Shown piece by piece: positions 39,045 to 48,111 of a DNA stretch of 64,000 bases. The position numbers and the translations under genes are program-made. The stretch covers positions 416,001 through 480,000 of the forward strand of contig CAWDVE010000016.1 in NCBI GenBank assembly GCA_963805625.1, read 5' to 3'. The notes beneath the pieces were generated by a model that saw nothing but the letters and a program-made list of their open reading frames with translations, had not been told where the DNA came from and did not search any database. Positions within the stretch are counted from its first letter, which is position 1, and each line of letters begins with the position of its first letter. This DNA is from an uncultured Candidatus Rokubacteria bacterium (GTDB taxonomy: Bacteria > Methylomirabilota > Methylomirabilia > Rokubacteriales > DASRDR01).

Positions 39045-40997
39045 ATGCCGAAAGCCACGCGAGGCAGTGAGCCCATCGAGGCCCTCCTGAAGGAGGGGAG
39101 GAAGTTCCCGCCGCCGAAGCCCTTTGCCAGGGCGGCGCGGGTCCGGAGCGCGGCGATCTACCGGGAGGCGCGCCGGAACCCGGTCCGGTTCTGGGAGCGC
39201 CAGGCCAAGGAGCTCCGGTGGCTCAAGCCGTGGCGGAAGGCTCTCGAGTGGAAGCTCCCCTATGCGAAGTGGTTCGTCGGCGGGAAGCTCAACGTCTCCG
39301 ACAACTGCCTGGATCGCCACGTCGAGGGTTCGCGCCGCAACAAGGCCGCGATCATCTGGGAGGGCGAGCCCGGCGACAGTCGCGTGCTGACCTACCGGGA
39401 CCTCTGGCGCGAGGTCAACCGCTTCGCCGCCGCGCTCCGGCGCCACGGCGTCAAGAAGGGTGACACCGTCACCATCTACATGCCGATGATCCCGGAGCTT
39501 CCGATCGCGATGCTCGCCTGCGCGCGCATTGGCGCGCCCCACAACGTGGTGTTCGGAGGGTTCGCGCCAGAGTCGCTCCGCGACCGGATCAACGACTGCA
39601 AGGCCAAGATCGTGATCACAGCCGACGGCAGCTACCGGCGCGGCGGGATGGTTCCCCTCAAGAAGAACACGGATGAGGCCCTCAAGGAGTGTCCACAGGT
39701 CCACACGGTCATCGTCTACAAGCGTACGGGCCAGGAGATCGGCTGGGAGTCGGACCGCGACGTCTGGTGGGACGACTTCGTGAAGGGCGCGGACGCCCAC
39801 ACGAAGCCCGAGCCGATGGACTCCGAGGACATGCTGTATCTGCTCTACACGTCCGGGTCCACCGGCAAACCGAAGGGGATCATCCACACGACCGGCGGGT
39901 ATCTGACGGGCGTGACCGCGACCCACCGCCTGATCTTCGACCTCCGCGAGGAGGACGTGTACTGGTGCACCGCCGACATCGGGTGGGTCACGGGTCACTC
40001 CTACATCGTCTACGGGCCGCTCGCCAACGGCGCGACCACGGTCTTGTACGAGGGCACGCCCGACTGGCCCGACAAGGACCGCTTCTGGCGGATCATCGAG
40101 AAATACGGCGTCACCATCCTCTACACGGCGCCGACGGCCATCCGTACCTTCGTCCGCTGGGGTGACGAGTACCCGAAGCGCTGCGATCTCTCTTCGCTTC
40201 GGCTGCTTGGCACCGTGGGCGAGCCGATCAACCCCGAGGCGTGGGTCTGGTACTGGAAGACCATCGGCGGCGGGCGCTGTCCGGTGGTGGATACCTGGTG
40301 GCAGACGGAGACCGGCCACATCCTCATCTCGCCGCTGCCCGGGGTGACGGTGACCAAGCCGGGCTCGGCGACCGTGCCCTTCCCGGGGATCGAGGCCGAG
40401 GTCGTGAACGACAAGGGCGAGCCGGCCCAGGCCGGGTACCTCGTGATCCGGCGGCCGTGGCCGGGCATGCTCCGCGGCATCTACGGCGATCCCGAGCGCT
40501 ACCAGCGCCAGTACTGGAGCCAGATCCCCGGCGTGTACTTCACCGGGGACGGCTGCAAGCGTGACAAGGACGGCTACTTCTGGCTCCTGGGGCGGATCGA
40601 CGACGTCATGAACGTCTCCGGCCACCGCGTTTCCACCATGGAGGTGGAGTCGGCGCTCGTCGACCACTCGGCGGTCGCCGAGGCTGCGGTGATCGGGCGG
40701 CCACACGACATCAAGGGGCAGGCGATCGCGGCCTTCGTCACGATCAAGCACGGGGTCCCAACGTCGGACGCCCTCAAGGACGAGCTCAGGCAGCACGTCG
40801 CCAAGAAGATCGGGGCCCTGGCGCGGCCGGACGACGTGATCTACGCGGCGGAGCTTCCCAAGACGCGGAGCGGCAAAATCATGCGGCGGCTGCTCCGCGA
40901 CGTGGCCGAGGGGCGCGCCCTCGGCGACACGACCACGCTGGCCGATCCGGCCGTGGTCGCCACGCTCAAGCACCAGTACGAGGATCGCGAAGGCTAG
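39045..40997 (+). CDS. acs: Acetyl-CoA synthetase
   Basis: [47 protein letters not shown]. Confidence 0.97.
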   Translation: MPKATRGSEPIEALLKEGRKFPPPKPFARAARVRSAAIYREARRNPVRFWERQAKELRWLKPWRKALEWKLPYAKWFVGGKLNVSDNCLDRHVEGSRRNKAAIIWEGEPGDSRVLTYRDLWREVNRFAAALRRHGVKKGDTVTIYMPMIPELPIAMLACARIGAPHNVVFGGFAPESLRDRINDCKAKIVITADGSYRRGGMVPLKKNTDEALKECPQVHTVIVYKRTGQEIGWESDRDVWWDDFVKGADAHTKPEPMDSEDMLYLLYTSGSTGKPKGIIHTTGGYLTGVTATHRLIFDLREEDVYWCTADIGWVTGHSYIVYGPLANGATTVLYEGTPDWPDKDRFWRIIEKYGVTILYTAPTAIRTFVRWGDEYPKRCDLSSLRLLGTVGEPINPEAWVWYWKTIGGGRCPVVDTWWQTETGHILISPLPGVTVTKPGSATVPFPGIEAEVVNDKGEPAQAGYLVIRRPWPGMLRGIYGDPERYQRQYWSQIPGVYFTGDGCKRDKDGYFWLLGRIDDVMNVSGHRVSTMEVESALVDHSAVAEAAVIGRPHDIKGQAIAAFVTIKHGVPTSDALKDELRQHVAKKIGALARPDDVIYAAELPKTRSGKIMRRLLRDVAEGRALGDTTTLADPAVVATLKHQYEDREG

Positions 40998-41000
40998 CGG

Positions 41001-42194
41001 TCAGCGGCGGCCGCCGGCGAGCAGGGCGCTGTCGGGCAGCCGGCGGAGCCGCGCCATCGCGAGCGTGCCCAGGACGGGCCCGGGGGCCAGGAACGCGAAG
41101 GCCCACGGCCAGCCCCAGGCCTCGACCGCCCGAGGCACGAGCCAGGTCGAGACCAGCGTGAGCAGGAACCCCAGGCTTGTCTGGAGTGACAGCGCCGTTC
41201 CCACGTAGGCCGGCGGGGCGAGCTCGGTGACCGCCGCCGAGAACTGGGCCGAGTCGGCGACGACGGTGAAGCCCCAGACGAGGGCCACGAGGACGAGCCA
41301 CCCGGGGCGGTCGAACGTGAACCCGATCGCCGCGGCGCACGCGCCGCTTCCCGCCATTGCCAGCATGGTCACGGCCGTGCGGCCGATGCGGTCGGCCGCG
41401 TAGCCCGCCAGGACGCAGCTCACCGCGCCGACGCCGATCACGATCGCGGTGGCGATCGCCCCGAGCCGCGAGGCTGCGGGCAGGCCCGCCCGCGTGAACG
41501 CTTCGAGGAGGTAGAGCCCGATCCAGGTCCACATGGCGTAGAGCTCCCACATGTGGCCGAAATAGCCGAGGCTGGCCAGCACGACGCCGCGGGAGCGGAC
41601 GAGCTCCTGAATGCAGCGGGGGTTGAAGGGGGCCCGGGCCTGGACGTGGGGGCCGTCGCGGACGAGCGTCGCCACGACGCCGGCGGCCCCGAGCGCCGCG
41701 AGCGACGTCCCGCCGATCACCGGCGGCCACGCGAGCCCACCCGCGACGTTGATCAGGTGGGGGACGGCTCCCCCCAGGGTGAGCGCGCCCACCAGGCTGC
41801 CGACGGCCAGGCCGCGGTCCGTCACGAACCAGCTCGCGGCGAGCTTCATGGCCGGCGGGTAGGTTCCCGCCATCGCGAGGCCAGTGAGGAACCGGCAGGC
41901 GAGGACGAGGGGCAGGGACTCGATGACGGCCAGCAGCGCCAGGTTGACCAGGGCGCCGCCGATGGCCGTGAGGACGAAGAGCCGCCGGGCGCCCACGAAG
42001 TCGGTGAGGGTGAGGACGGCACTGGCGACGGTTCCCGCGACGAAGCCGAGCGTCACGGCCATCGAGAGCCAGGCCTGCGCCCCAGTCGACATCCAGGCCG
42101 TGTGGAGGGCGGGAACGACGGCGGTGGCGGAGAACCAGAGCGAGAGCGCGCCCAGCTCGGCGAGGCAGATCCACCCGAGCATCCGCCAGCGCAT
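41001..42194 (-). CDS. MFS transporter
   Basis: SLWFS, YPPAMK, GYFGHMWELYAMW, ADRIGR, ADSAQFSA. Confidence 0.88.
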   Translation of the reverse strand: MRWRMLGWICLAELGALSLWFSATAVVPALHTAWMSTGAQAWLSMAVTLGFVAGTVASAVLTLTDFVGARRLFVLTAIGGALVNLALLAVIESLPLVLACRFLTGLAMAGTYPPAMKLAASWFVTDRGLAVGSLVGALTLGGAVPHLINVAGGLAWPPVIGGTSLAALGAAGVVATLVRDGPHVQARAPFNPRCIQELVRSRGVVLASLGYFGHMWELYAMWTWIGLYLLEAFTRAGLPAASRLGAIATAIVIGVGAVSCVLAGYAADRIGRTAVTMLAMAGSGACAAAIGFTFDRPGWLVLVALVWGFTVVADSAQFSAAVTELAPPAYVGTALSLQTSLGFLLTLVSTWLVPRAVEAWGWPWAFAFLAPGPVLGTLAMARLRRLPDSALLAGGRR

Positions 42195-42200
42195 GCGCGG

Positions 42201-42230
42201 ACTCTAGGGAGGTCGCCGTCTGCCTGTCAA
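42201..42230 (-). promoter_or_regulatory. sigma70 promoter, leaderless MFS gene
   Basis: TTGACA, 18 nt, TAGAGT, then 6 nt to ATG with no SD. Confidence 0.6.
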
Positions 42231-42326
42231 GGCGCAGCGTGCGGCGCAGCGTGCGGCCGGGCCGGATAGAATTGGGACGCGGCCGCCAGGCGCCGGGCAC
42301 GACCCCCTGAACCGCCGACCGGAGAG

Positions 42327-42716
42327 GTGACGATGGGCCTGATCCCCTCGAGCTTTCTCCCGCCCCGAGCCCTCTGGCCCGAGCGGGTCTACACCCTGCC
42401 CGAGCACGCGAGCTACCCGGCGCGTCTGAACTCGACCGAGGAGTTGATCGACCGTCACGTCGAGGCCGGCGGCGGGGACCGCGTGGCGATCCTCTACGAG
42501 GACCAGCAGATCACTTACCGCCAACTCCAGAGTTCCGTCAGCCGGCTCGGCTCGGCGCTCCGGGCACTGGGGATCGGGGAGGAGGATCGGGTGCTCCTGC
42601 GGGCTCCCTCGATCCCACCGGCGCTCGTTGCCAACTTCGCGGTCATCCGGATCGGCGGCGTGATCGTGCCGACGTCGCCGCGCCGTGTCCTCCGCGACCA
42701 GGCCGGGCGCGCCTGA
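42327..42716 (+). pseudogene. Internally deleted aryl/acyl-CoA ligase (benzoate/2-aminobenzoate-CoA ligase-like)
   Basis: N-terminal 118 aa of an ANL ligase (LNSTEELIDRHV, GDRVAI, TYRQL, EEDRVLL, IGGVIVPTSP) joined to a ligase-type C-terminus RRVLRDQAGRA; lacks the AMP-binding loop. Confidence 0.75.
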
Positions 42717-42730
42717 GCGGGCCTCGGCGC

Positions 42731-43579
42731 GTGGAACGCTTCGCGGGCCGCGTCGTCCTCGTCACCGGCGCCTCGTCCGGCATCGGGACGGCGGTCGCGC
42801 GGGAGTTCGCCCGCCAGGGTGCCGACCTCGTCCTGGCCGCGCGACGTCTCCCTCGGCTCGTGGACCTGGCTGCCGAGGTCCGCGCGACTGGGCGTCGGGC
42901 TCTCGCCGTCTCGTGCGACGTGACGGAGGACGGGGCGGTCGAGCAGGCGGTGCGCCAGGCGCTCGAGGCATTCGGCCAGCTCGACGTCGCAGTGGCCAAT
43001 GCGGGGTTCGGCGTCGTCGGCCCGTTCGAGCGCCTGACGCTCGACGACTACCGCCGGCAGTTCGAGACCAATGTCTTCGGCGTGCTGCGGACGGCATCCG
43101 CCGCGCTGCCCGCGCTGCGGAGCAGCCAGGGCACGCTCGTGATCGTCGGTAGCGTGAGCGGCCACGTCCCGACCGCGGGCGCGTCGGCCTACGCCATGAG
43201 CAAGGCGGCGGTGCACGCGTTCGCCACGTCACTCAGGGGCGAGGTCCTGGCCGCCGGTGTGGGGGTGGTCCTGGTGAGTCCCGGCTTCGTCGAGAGCGAG
43301 TTCCGTAGGGTCGACAACCAGGGGGTACATCATCCCGACGCCCGGGCCGCCGTCCCGCGCTGGCTCGTCGTTCCCGCTGCCCGGGCCGCTCGCGCCATCG
43401 TGCGCGCCACCGCCCGTCGCCGGCGCGAAGTGGTCGTCACGGGGCACGGCAAGGTGATCGTGTGGCTGGCGCGGCACCTGCCCTCGGTCCTGGCGGTTGC
43501 TCTGGAGCGTGGGGTGTACCGATCCCGCGGTGAGCCTACCGGGCCTGGCTCAGTCCGGGGGCCAAGGCCGACCCCCTGA
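42731..43579 (+). CDS. SDR oxidoreductase
   Basis: TGASSGIG, NAG, YAMSK, SPGFVESEF. Confidence 0.9.
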   Translation: MERFAGRVVLVTGASSGIGTAVAREFARQGADLVLAARRLPRLVDLAAEVRATGRRALAVSCDVTEDGAVEQAVRQALEAFGQLDVAVANAGFGVVGPFERLTLDDYRRQFETNVFGVLRTASAALPALRSSQGTLVIVGSVSGHVPTAGASAYAMSKAAVHAFATSLRGEVLAAGVGVVLVSPGFVESEFRRVDNQGVHHPDARAAVPRWLVVPAARAARAIVRATARRRREVVVTGHGKVIVWLARHLPSVLAVALERGVYRSRGEPTGPGSVRGPRPTP

Positions 43580-43722
43580 CCGATGGTCATGCGGTTCTCA
43601 GTGACAATTTCTGGCACCGACGGGGGCCTTTTCGCTCCTACCGGGCGCGCCTGAACCGTCTCCAGTCCGACAATGCGAGGAATGACGGCAGTTTAGTCAA
43701 GGCAATCCCTGTCGGACTATCG

Positions 43723-43738
43723 TGGCACTGGCCTTGCT
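43723..43738 (+). promoter_or_regulatory. Sigma-54 -24/-12 promoter
   Basis: TGGCAC-TGGCC-TTGCT, an exact match to TGGCAC-N5-TTGCW, in a relatively AT-rich intergenic region. Confidence 0.8.
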
Positions 43739-43751
43739 ATTCCCTCCTACC

Positions 43752-45038
43752 ATGCAACAGTACGAGATTCGATCGAGTGGAGGTCTGGTAAACGGCGTGG
43801 AGGAAGCTCCGCCACCGCCAGTTCCGGAGGCACGCCGCGGCCTGCTCGGCGAGATCCTGATCCGCGAGGGCCTGATCGACGAGGGCCAGCTGTCGACGGC
43901 CCTGATGGTGCAGCGAGAGACCGAGCCCACGACTCCGCTGGGCCAGATCCTGGTGCGCCAGGGCGCGATCACCCAGCGCCAGCTCAACAGCGTTCTCGAC
44001 CGGTACCGCAAGAAGTACCGGCTGGGCGACATCCTCGTCGAGACCGAGACCATCACCGAGCACCAGCTTCAGATCGCGCTGGATCATCAGAAGAAGACGG
44101 GGCTCCGGCTCGGCGACTCCCTCCTCCAGCTCAACTTCGTGACGGAGGAGGAAGTCAACCAGGCGCTCTGCAAGCAGTTCGGGGTCACGTTCGTCGACCT
44201 GGACCGGCTGGTACTCGACAACAGCCTCGCGCTGGTGATCAACCGCGAGTATGCGGAGCGGCACCGCGTGATCCCGATCTCGAAGACCGATCGGGTGCTG
44301 GTGGTCGCCATGGACGACCCGTCGGACCTGGGCGTCGTGGCCGAGCTGGCGGGCGCCACCGGCTCGCGCGTCAACGTCGTGACGTCGACGCATGCTGCGT
44401 TCCGCCGTGCCTTCGCGCGCACCTATGGGGAGAGCGCCGAGGTCGGCCTCATCCGACGCGCCGAGCAGCTCGGGCGCGAGTACGAGATCCTCCGCGCCGA
44501 GCACGAAGCGAGCAAGGAGAAGTTCGCGGAGCTGCGGCGGGCGCACGAGGCCGTCCTGGCGGACCGCGAGGCGTCGACGCGGACGCTGGCCGAGCAGCGC
44601 ACGCGAAACGAGTGGAACGAGCAGGCCCTGACCGGCCTCCGGGAGGCCCACGCGGCGCTCCGGGCGGAATACGAGTCGACCCGGGCGACGCTCGAGAAGC
44701 TACGTCTCGAGTATGCGGAGAGCACCCGGATGCTCGGGGATCTGCAGGACGCCCACGAGGCGCTGACCACGGAGCAGGCGACGACCGCAGACCAGATGGC
44801 GGAGCGGCAGGCGCGAAACGAGTGGAACCTGCGGGTCCTCGAGGAGCTGCGGGCCGCCCAGCAGACGCTCCGAGCCGGACACGAGAGTCTTCGGAGCGAG
44901 CTCGCGCTCGCCCAGGACCGCGGTGCCGAGGCTGAGGCGCGCCTGGCGGAGCTTCGAGCGTCGCACGAGACACTCCTGACGGATCACGCGACGATCGTGC
45001 GGGAGATCGAGGCGGTCACGGACCGCCTGAAAGGCTGA
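43752..45038 (+). CDS. 4x MshEN-motif + T2SSE_N (GspE/PilB N-terminal) + coiled-coil protein, no ATPase (paralogue A)
   Basis: LLGEILIREGLI, PLGQILVRQGAI, RLGDILVETETI, RLGDSLLQLNFV; AERHRVIPI, VAMDDP; heptad tail; start ATG 43752 or GTG 43797. Confidence 0.85.
   Translation: MQQYEIRSSGGLVNGVEEAPPPPVPEARRGLLGEILIREGLIDEGQLSTALMVQRETEPTTPLGQILVRQGAITQRQLNSVLDRYRKKYRLGDILVETETITEHQLQIALDHQKKTGLRLGDSLLQLNFVTEEEVNQALCKQFGVTFVDLDRLVLDNSLALVINREYAERHRVIPISKTDRVLVVAMDDPSDLGVVAELAGATGSRVNVVTSTHAAFRRAFARTYGESAEVGLIRRAEQLGREYEILRAEHEASKEKFAELRRAHEAVLADREASTRTLAEQRTRNEWNEQALTGLREAHAALRAEYESTRATLEKLRLEYAESTRMLGDLQDAHEALTTEQATTADQMAERQARNEWNLRVLEELRAAQQTLRAGHESLRSELALAQDRGAEAEARLAELRASHETLLTDHATIVREIEAVTDRLKG
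44529..44978 (+). repeat. Five 35-aa (105-nt) periodic coiled-coil units
   Basis: xLxxAHxxL-like motifs begin at 44529, 44634, 44739, 44844 and 44949; RNEWN DNA 17-mer repeated at 44602 and 44812. Confidence 0.75.
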
Positions 45039-45049
45039 GGAGGCAGGAC

Positions 45050-46408
45050 ATGACGGCGGCGCACCTCAACGGAAGCTACGGCAACGGCCACGAGGCGGTC
45101 GCGCTGCCGCTGCTGGTCCAGCCGCATCGCGTCGCGTCGTCACCTCCCCGAACCCATCTCCTGGGCGAGCTGCTGCTCCGGGAGGGAATGGTCACGGAGG
45201 GACAGCTGACCAGCGCGCTCCGCGCGCAGGAGGCGAGCCTCGACGGCACCCCGGTCGGACAGCTTCTCGTGGAGCAGGGTGCCCTCTCCCCGGCCGATCT
45301 GGAGGCGGTGCTGCGCCGCTACCACAAGAAGTACCGGCTGGGCGACATCCTCGTCGAGACCAACGTGATCAGCGAGACGCAGCTCCAGCTCGGTGTCGAC
45401 CACCACCGACGCACCGGGCTCCGACTCGGCGATGCACTGCTCCAGCTGGGCTTTGTCAACGAGGAGATGCTCAAGCTGGCGCTGTGCACGCAGCTCGATG
45501 TCGTGTTCGTCGACCTCGATCGGTTCTCCATCGACCGCAGCCTCGCGTCGCTGGTCCCGAAGGCGTTCGCGCAGCAGCACCGGGTCCTCCCGGTCGCCCG
45601 GGTCGACGACGTCCTGACGGTGGCCTTGGCGGATCCGACGGACGGCTGGGTCGCGGAGAACCTCGAGGCGATGACTGCTTGCCAGGTGCGGCTGATCATG
45701 TCGACCGACGCCGCGTTCCAGCGGGCCTTCACCCGTGTGTACGGCGAGAACCCCGGAGTCGGTCTCGCCCGGCAGCACGAGCGACTCGAGCAGACTCACG
45801 CGGTTCTCACGCGCGAGTACGAGAAGGCGGCCCGGGCCCTGGGCGAGCTGCGTCAGTCGCACGAGGAGTTCCTCCGGGAGCAGGCCGATCTGCTCCGGAC
45901 GGCCGCCGAGCAGGCTGGCCAGCAGACGGAGCAGGAGCGCCGGCTCGCCGAGCTCCAGGCAGCGAACGCGACGCTTCGCGAGGAGCACGAAGCCCGGGGG
46001 CGGGCGCATGCGGATCTGTCGCGCGCGCAGGCGGAGACACTCGAGAGCCTCACCACGATCCGGCGCGAGCACGGGCGGCTGCTCGGCGAGCACCACGACC
46101 TGGGGCGCCAGCTCGTCGAGGAGCGGGAGCGAGGCGGCGAGCTGGCTCGGCGCCTGGTCGAGCTGGAAGCCGCGCACATCGTGGGTCGGCGGGAGCTCGA
46201 CGAACGCCTGACGGCGCTCACGGCGCTGGACGCGGCCTACGCGGAGACCACTCACGCGCTGGCCGGTCTCCGCGCGGAGCACGAGACCCTGCGAGGCGAG
46301 TACGAGCGGGTCTCCCGCGAGCTTGGCGAGCGGTGCCACGCCGCCGAGGGACGCCAGCAGCTGGCGATCCAGCAGCTCGAGACACTGCTCACGCGCCTCC
46401 GGCAGTGA
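45050..46408 (+). CDS. 4x MshEN-motif + T2SSE_N + coiled-coil protein, no ATPase (paralogue B)
   Basis: GGAGG SD; LLGELLLREGMV, PVGQLLVEQGAL, RLGDILVETNVI, RLGDALLQLGFV; AQQHRVLPV, VALADP; heptad tail. Confidence 0.88.
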   Translation: MTAAHLNGSYGNGHEAVALPLLVQPHRVASSPPRTHLLGELLLREGMVTEGQLTSALRAQEASLDGTPVGQLLVEQGALSPADLEAVLRRYHKKYRLGDILVETNVISETQLQLGVDHHRRTGLRLGDALLQLGFVNEEMLKLALCTQLDVVFVDLDRFSIDRSLASLVPKAFAQQHRVLPVARVDDVLTVALADPTDGWVAENLEAMTACQVRLIMSTDAAFQRAFTRVYGENPGVGLARQHERLEQTHAVLTREYEKAARALGELRQSHEEFLREQADLLRTAAEQAGQQTEQERRLAELQAANATLREEHEARGRAHADLSRAQAETLESLTTIRREHGRLLGEHHDLGRQLVEERERGGELARRLVELEAAHIVGRRELDERLTALTALDAAYAETTHALAGLRAEHETLRGEYERVSRELGERCHAAEGRQQLAIQQLETLLTRLRQ

Positions 46409-47102
46409 CGGCGTCGCCCGGCGGCTGCTTGCCGCCGACCCTGAGCTGGCCGCCGCTACCCAGCCGCCGGCCCAGGGTATAGACCCACCGTCCAGGGCTG
46501 ACCTCGAGCGCGGCCACGTCCGTGAAGCCGTTACGCGCATAGAAGGGCCGCGGTGCCGCGCCGCAGGAGAGGTGGATCCCGGGGATCCCGGCGGCGCCAA
46601 GATCCCGCGCGTACCGCTCGATCAGCGCGGCCCCGATGCCTCGCCGCCGGTACTCCGCCTCGACGTTCATGTGCAGATGGGCGGGGTGGGTCTCCGTGAA
46701 TCCCGCGGGCAGTCCCGGCGCGAGGCGCGATTCCACGCCGCGATGAAGCCGCAGGGCTAGCCGCACGGTCCGCCGGGCGTCGCTGTTCCACGCGTAGCGC
46801 CCGGAGGCGATCCCGATCAGCAGCGGGAGCGTGACCCGGAACCGCCGGGCGCGCCGGAACGCCGCGGTGTCCGGGCAGCCGGTGAGGTAGCCGACGACCC
46901 GGCCTTCCGTCTCCGCCACGTACGTCCACTCCGGCACCAGTCGCTGGTAGGCGCCGATCCAGAGCTCCGCGAACAGGGGCCAGCGGGCGCGGTCGATGGG
47001 GTCACCGTCGTTGCCGCTGCGGCAGCAGAGGCTCCGGACGGCCTGCCAGTCCGTCGGCGTCCTCGCCACGCGGACGAGCACCGGCGCGCCGGACTCCGTC
47101 AT
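46389..47102 (-). CDS. GNAT N-acetyltransferase
   Basis: VVGYL, HPAHLHMNV, RRRGIG, FYARNGF. Confidence 0.85.
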   Translation of the reverse strand: MTESGAPVLVRVARTPTDWQAVRSLCCRSGNDGDPIDRARWPLFAELWIGAYQRLVPEWTYVAETEGRVVGYLTGCPDTAAFRRARRFRVTLPLLIGIASGRYAWNSDARRTVRLALRLHRGVESRLAPGLPAGFTETHPAHLHMNVEAEYRRRGIGAALIERYARDLGAAGIPGIHLSCGAAPRPFYARNGFTDVAALEVSPGRWVYTLGRRLGSGGQLRVGGKQPPGDAVTAGGA

Positions 47103-48100
47103 CCCCCGGCTTCCTGATAGCAGCGCTCGGCCCAGGTCACCTCCTCCGCGCTGCCGATATAGAGCGGCGTGCGCTGGTGATAGTCGGTGGCGACCACGTC
47201 GAGGATCCTCGCGTGGCCTGTGCTCGCGCGTCCGCCCGCCGCCTCCGCCACGAGCGCGAGCGGAGCCGCCTCGTACAGGAGCCGGATGCGCCCTTCGGGC
47301 CGTCGCGTGTCCTCAGGGTAGAGGTAGATCCCGCCCTCGACGAGCGTCCGGTGGAAGTCCGCGACCAGGGCGCCCGAGTACCGGAGGGCGTAGGGGAGGT
47401 CCTTGTTTCGGGCCAGCCGAAGCCGTTCGACGAGCGCACGGGCGGCCGGCCGCCAGGTCGGCCAGTTCGCGTCGTTGACCGCGTAGGTCCGTCCGGCGGC
47501 CGGTGTGCGCGCGTCGGCCTGCGTGAGGCGGAATTGCCCGTCGACCGGGTCGAGGACGAAGGCGTGCACCCGAGCCCCCGCGGCGTAGACGAAGACGGTG
47601 GCGGGGCCGTAGAGGACGTAGCCGGCCGCGACCTGCCGCGTCCCGGCGCCCAGCACGGCCCGTGCGGGATCGGGCTCGCGCGGCCCGGGCCCCGGACGGA
47701 CGCCGAAGATCGTCCCGACCACCCCGGCCACGTCGGTGTTGAGGGAGCCGTCGAGTGGATCGAAGCACACCGACAGAGACTCCGCTGCGGCGGCGTGCGA
47801 CCACACGACTGGCGCCGCCAACTCCTCGGAGGCGGCGACCGACACGACGCCGGTGGCCTCGAGCGTCCTCAGCAGGAGGTCATTCGTCCGGACGTCGAGC
47901 CGGCGCACCCGGTCGCCGTGCGAGTTGACGTCGCCCGTCTCCCCCAGGTGACCGCTGAGAGCCGCCCCGGCGATCTCGCGCGCCAGCCCGGCCCCCGCCC
48001 CCGCGAGCGCCTCGAGGACGGTGACGAGGTTCCGTGCGAGCGGCGGGCTCCCGGCCGCTGCGGCCCGGAGGTGCTCGGCGAGTGTCGGAGGGGAGCTCAC
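47099..48100 (-). CDS. fbp: Class 1 fructose-1,6-bisphosphatase
   Basis: ASEE, FDPLDGSLN, AAGYVLYGP, RYSGALVADFHRTL, RLLYEAAP. Confidence 0.92.
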   Translation of the reverse strand: MSSPPTLAEHLRAAAAGSPPLARNLVTVLEALAGAGAGLAREIAGAALSGHLGETGDVNSHGDRVRRLDVRTNDLLLRTLEATGVVSVAASEELAAPVVWSHAAAAESLSVCFDPLDGSLNTDVAGVVGTIFGVRPGPGPREPDPARAVLGAGTRQVAAGYVLYGPATVFVYAAGARVHAFVLDPVDGQFRLTQADARTPAAGRTYAVNDANWPTWRPAARALVERLRLARNKDLPYALRYSGALVADFHRTLVEGGIYLYPEDTRRPEGRIRLLYEAAPLALVAEAAGGRASTGHARILDVVATDYHQRTPLYIGSAEEVTWAERCYQEAGG

Positions 48101-48111
48101 CCGGCCGGCCG

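Noticed and set aside
43752-46408. Calling the MshEN genes pilB/gspE or their pseudogenes
   Set aside because: No Walker motifs in the translated ORFs, and both continue into ordered coiled coils with clean stops.
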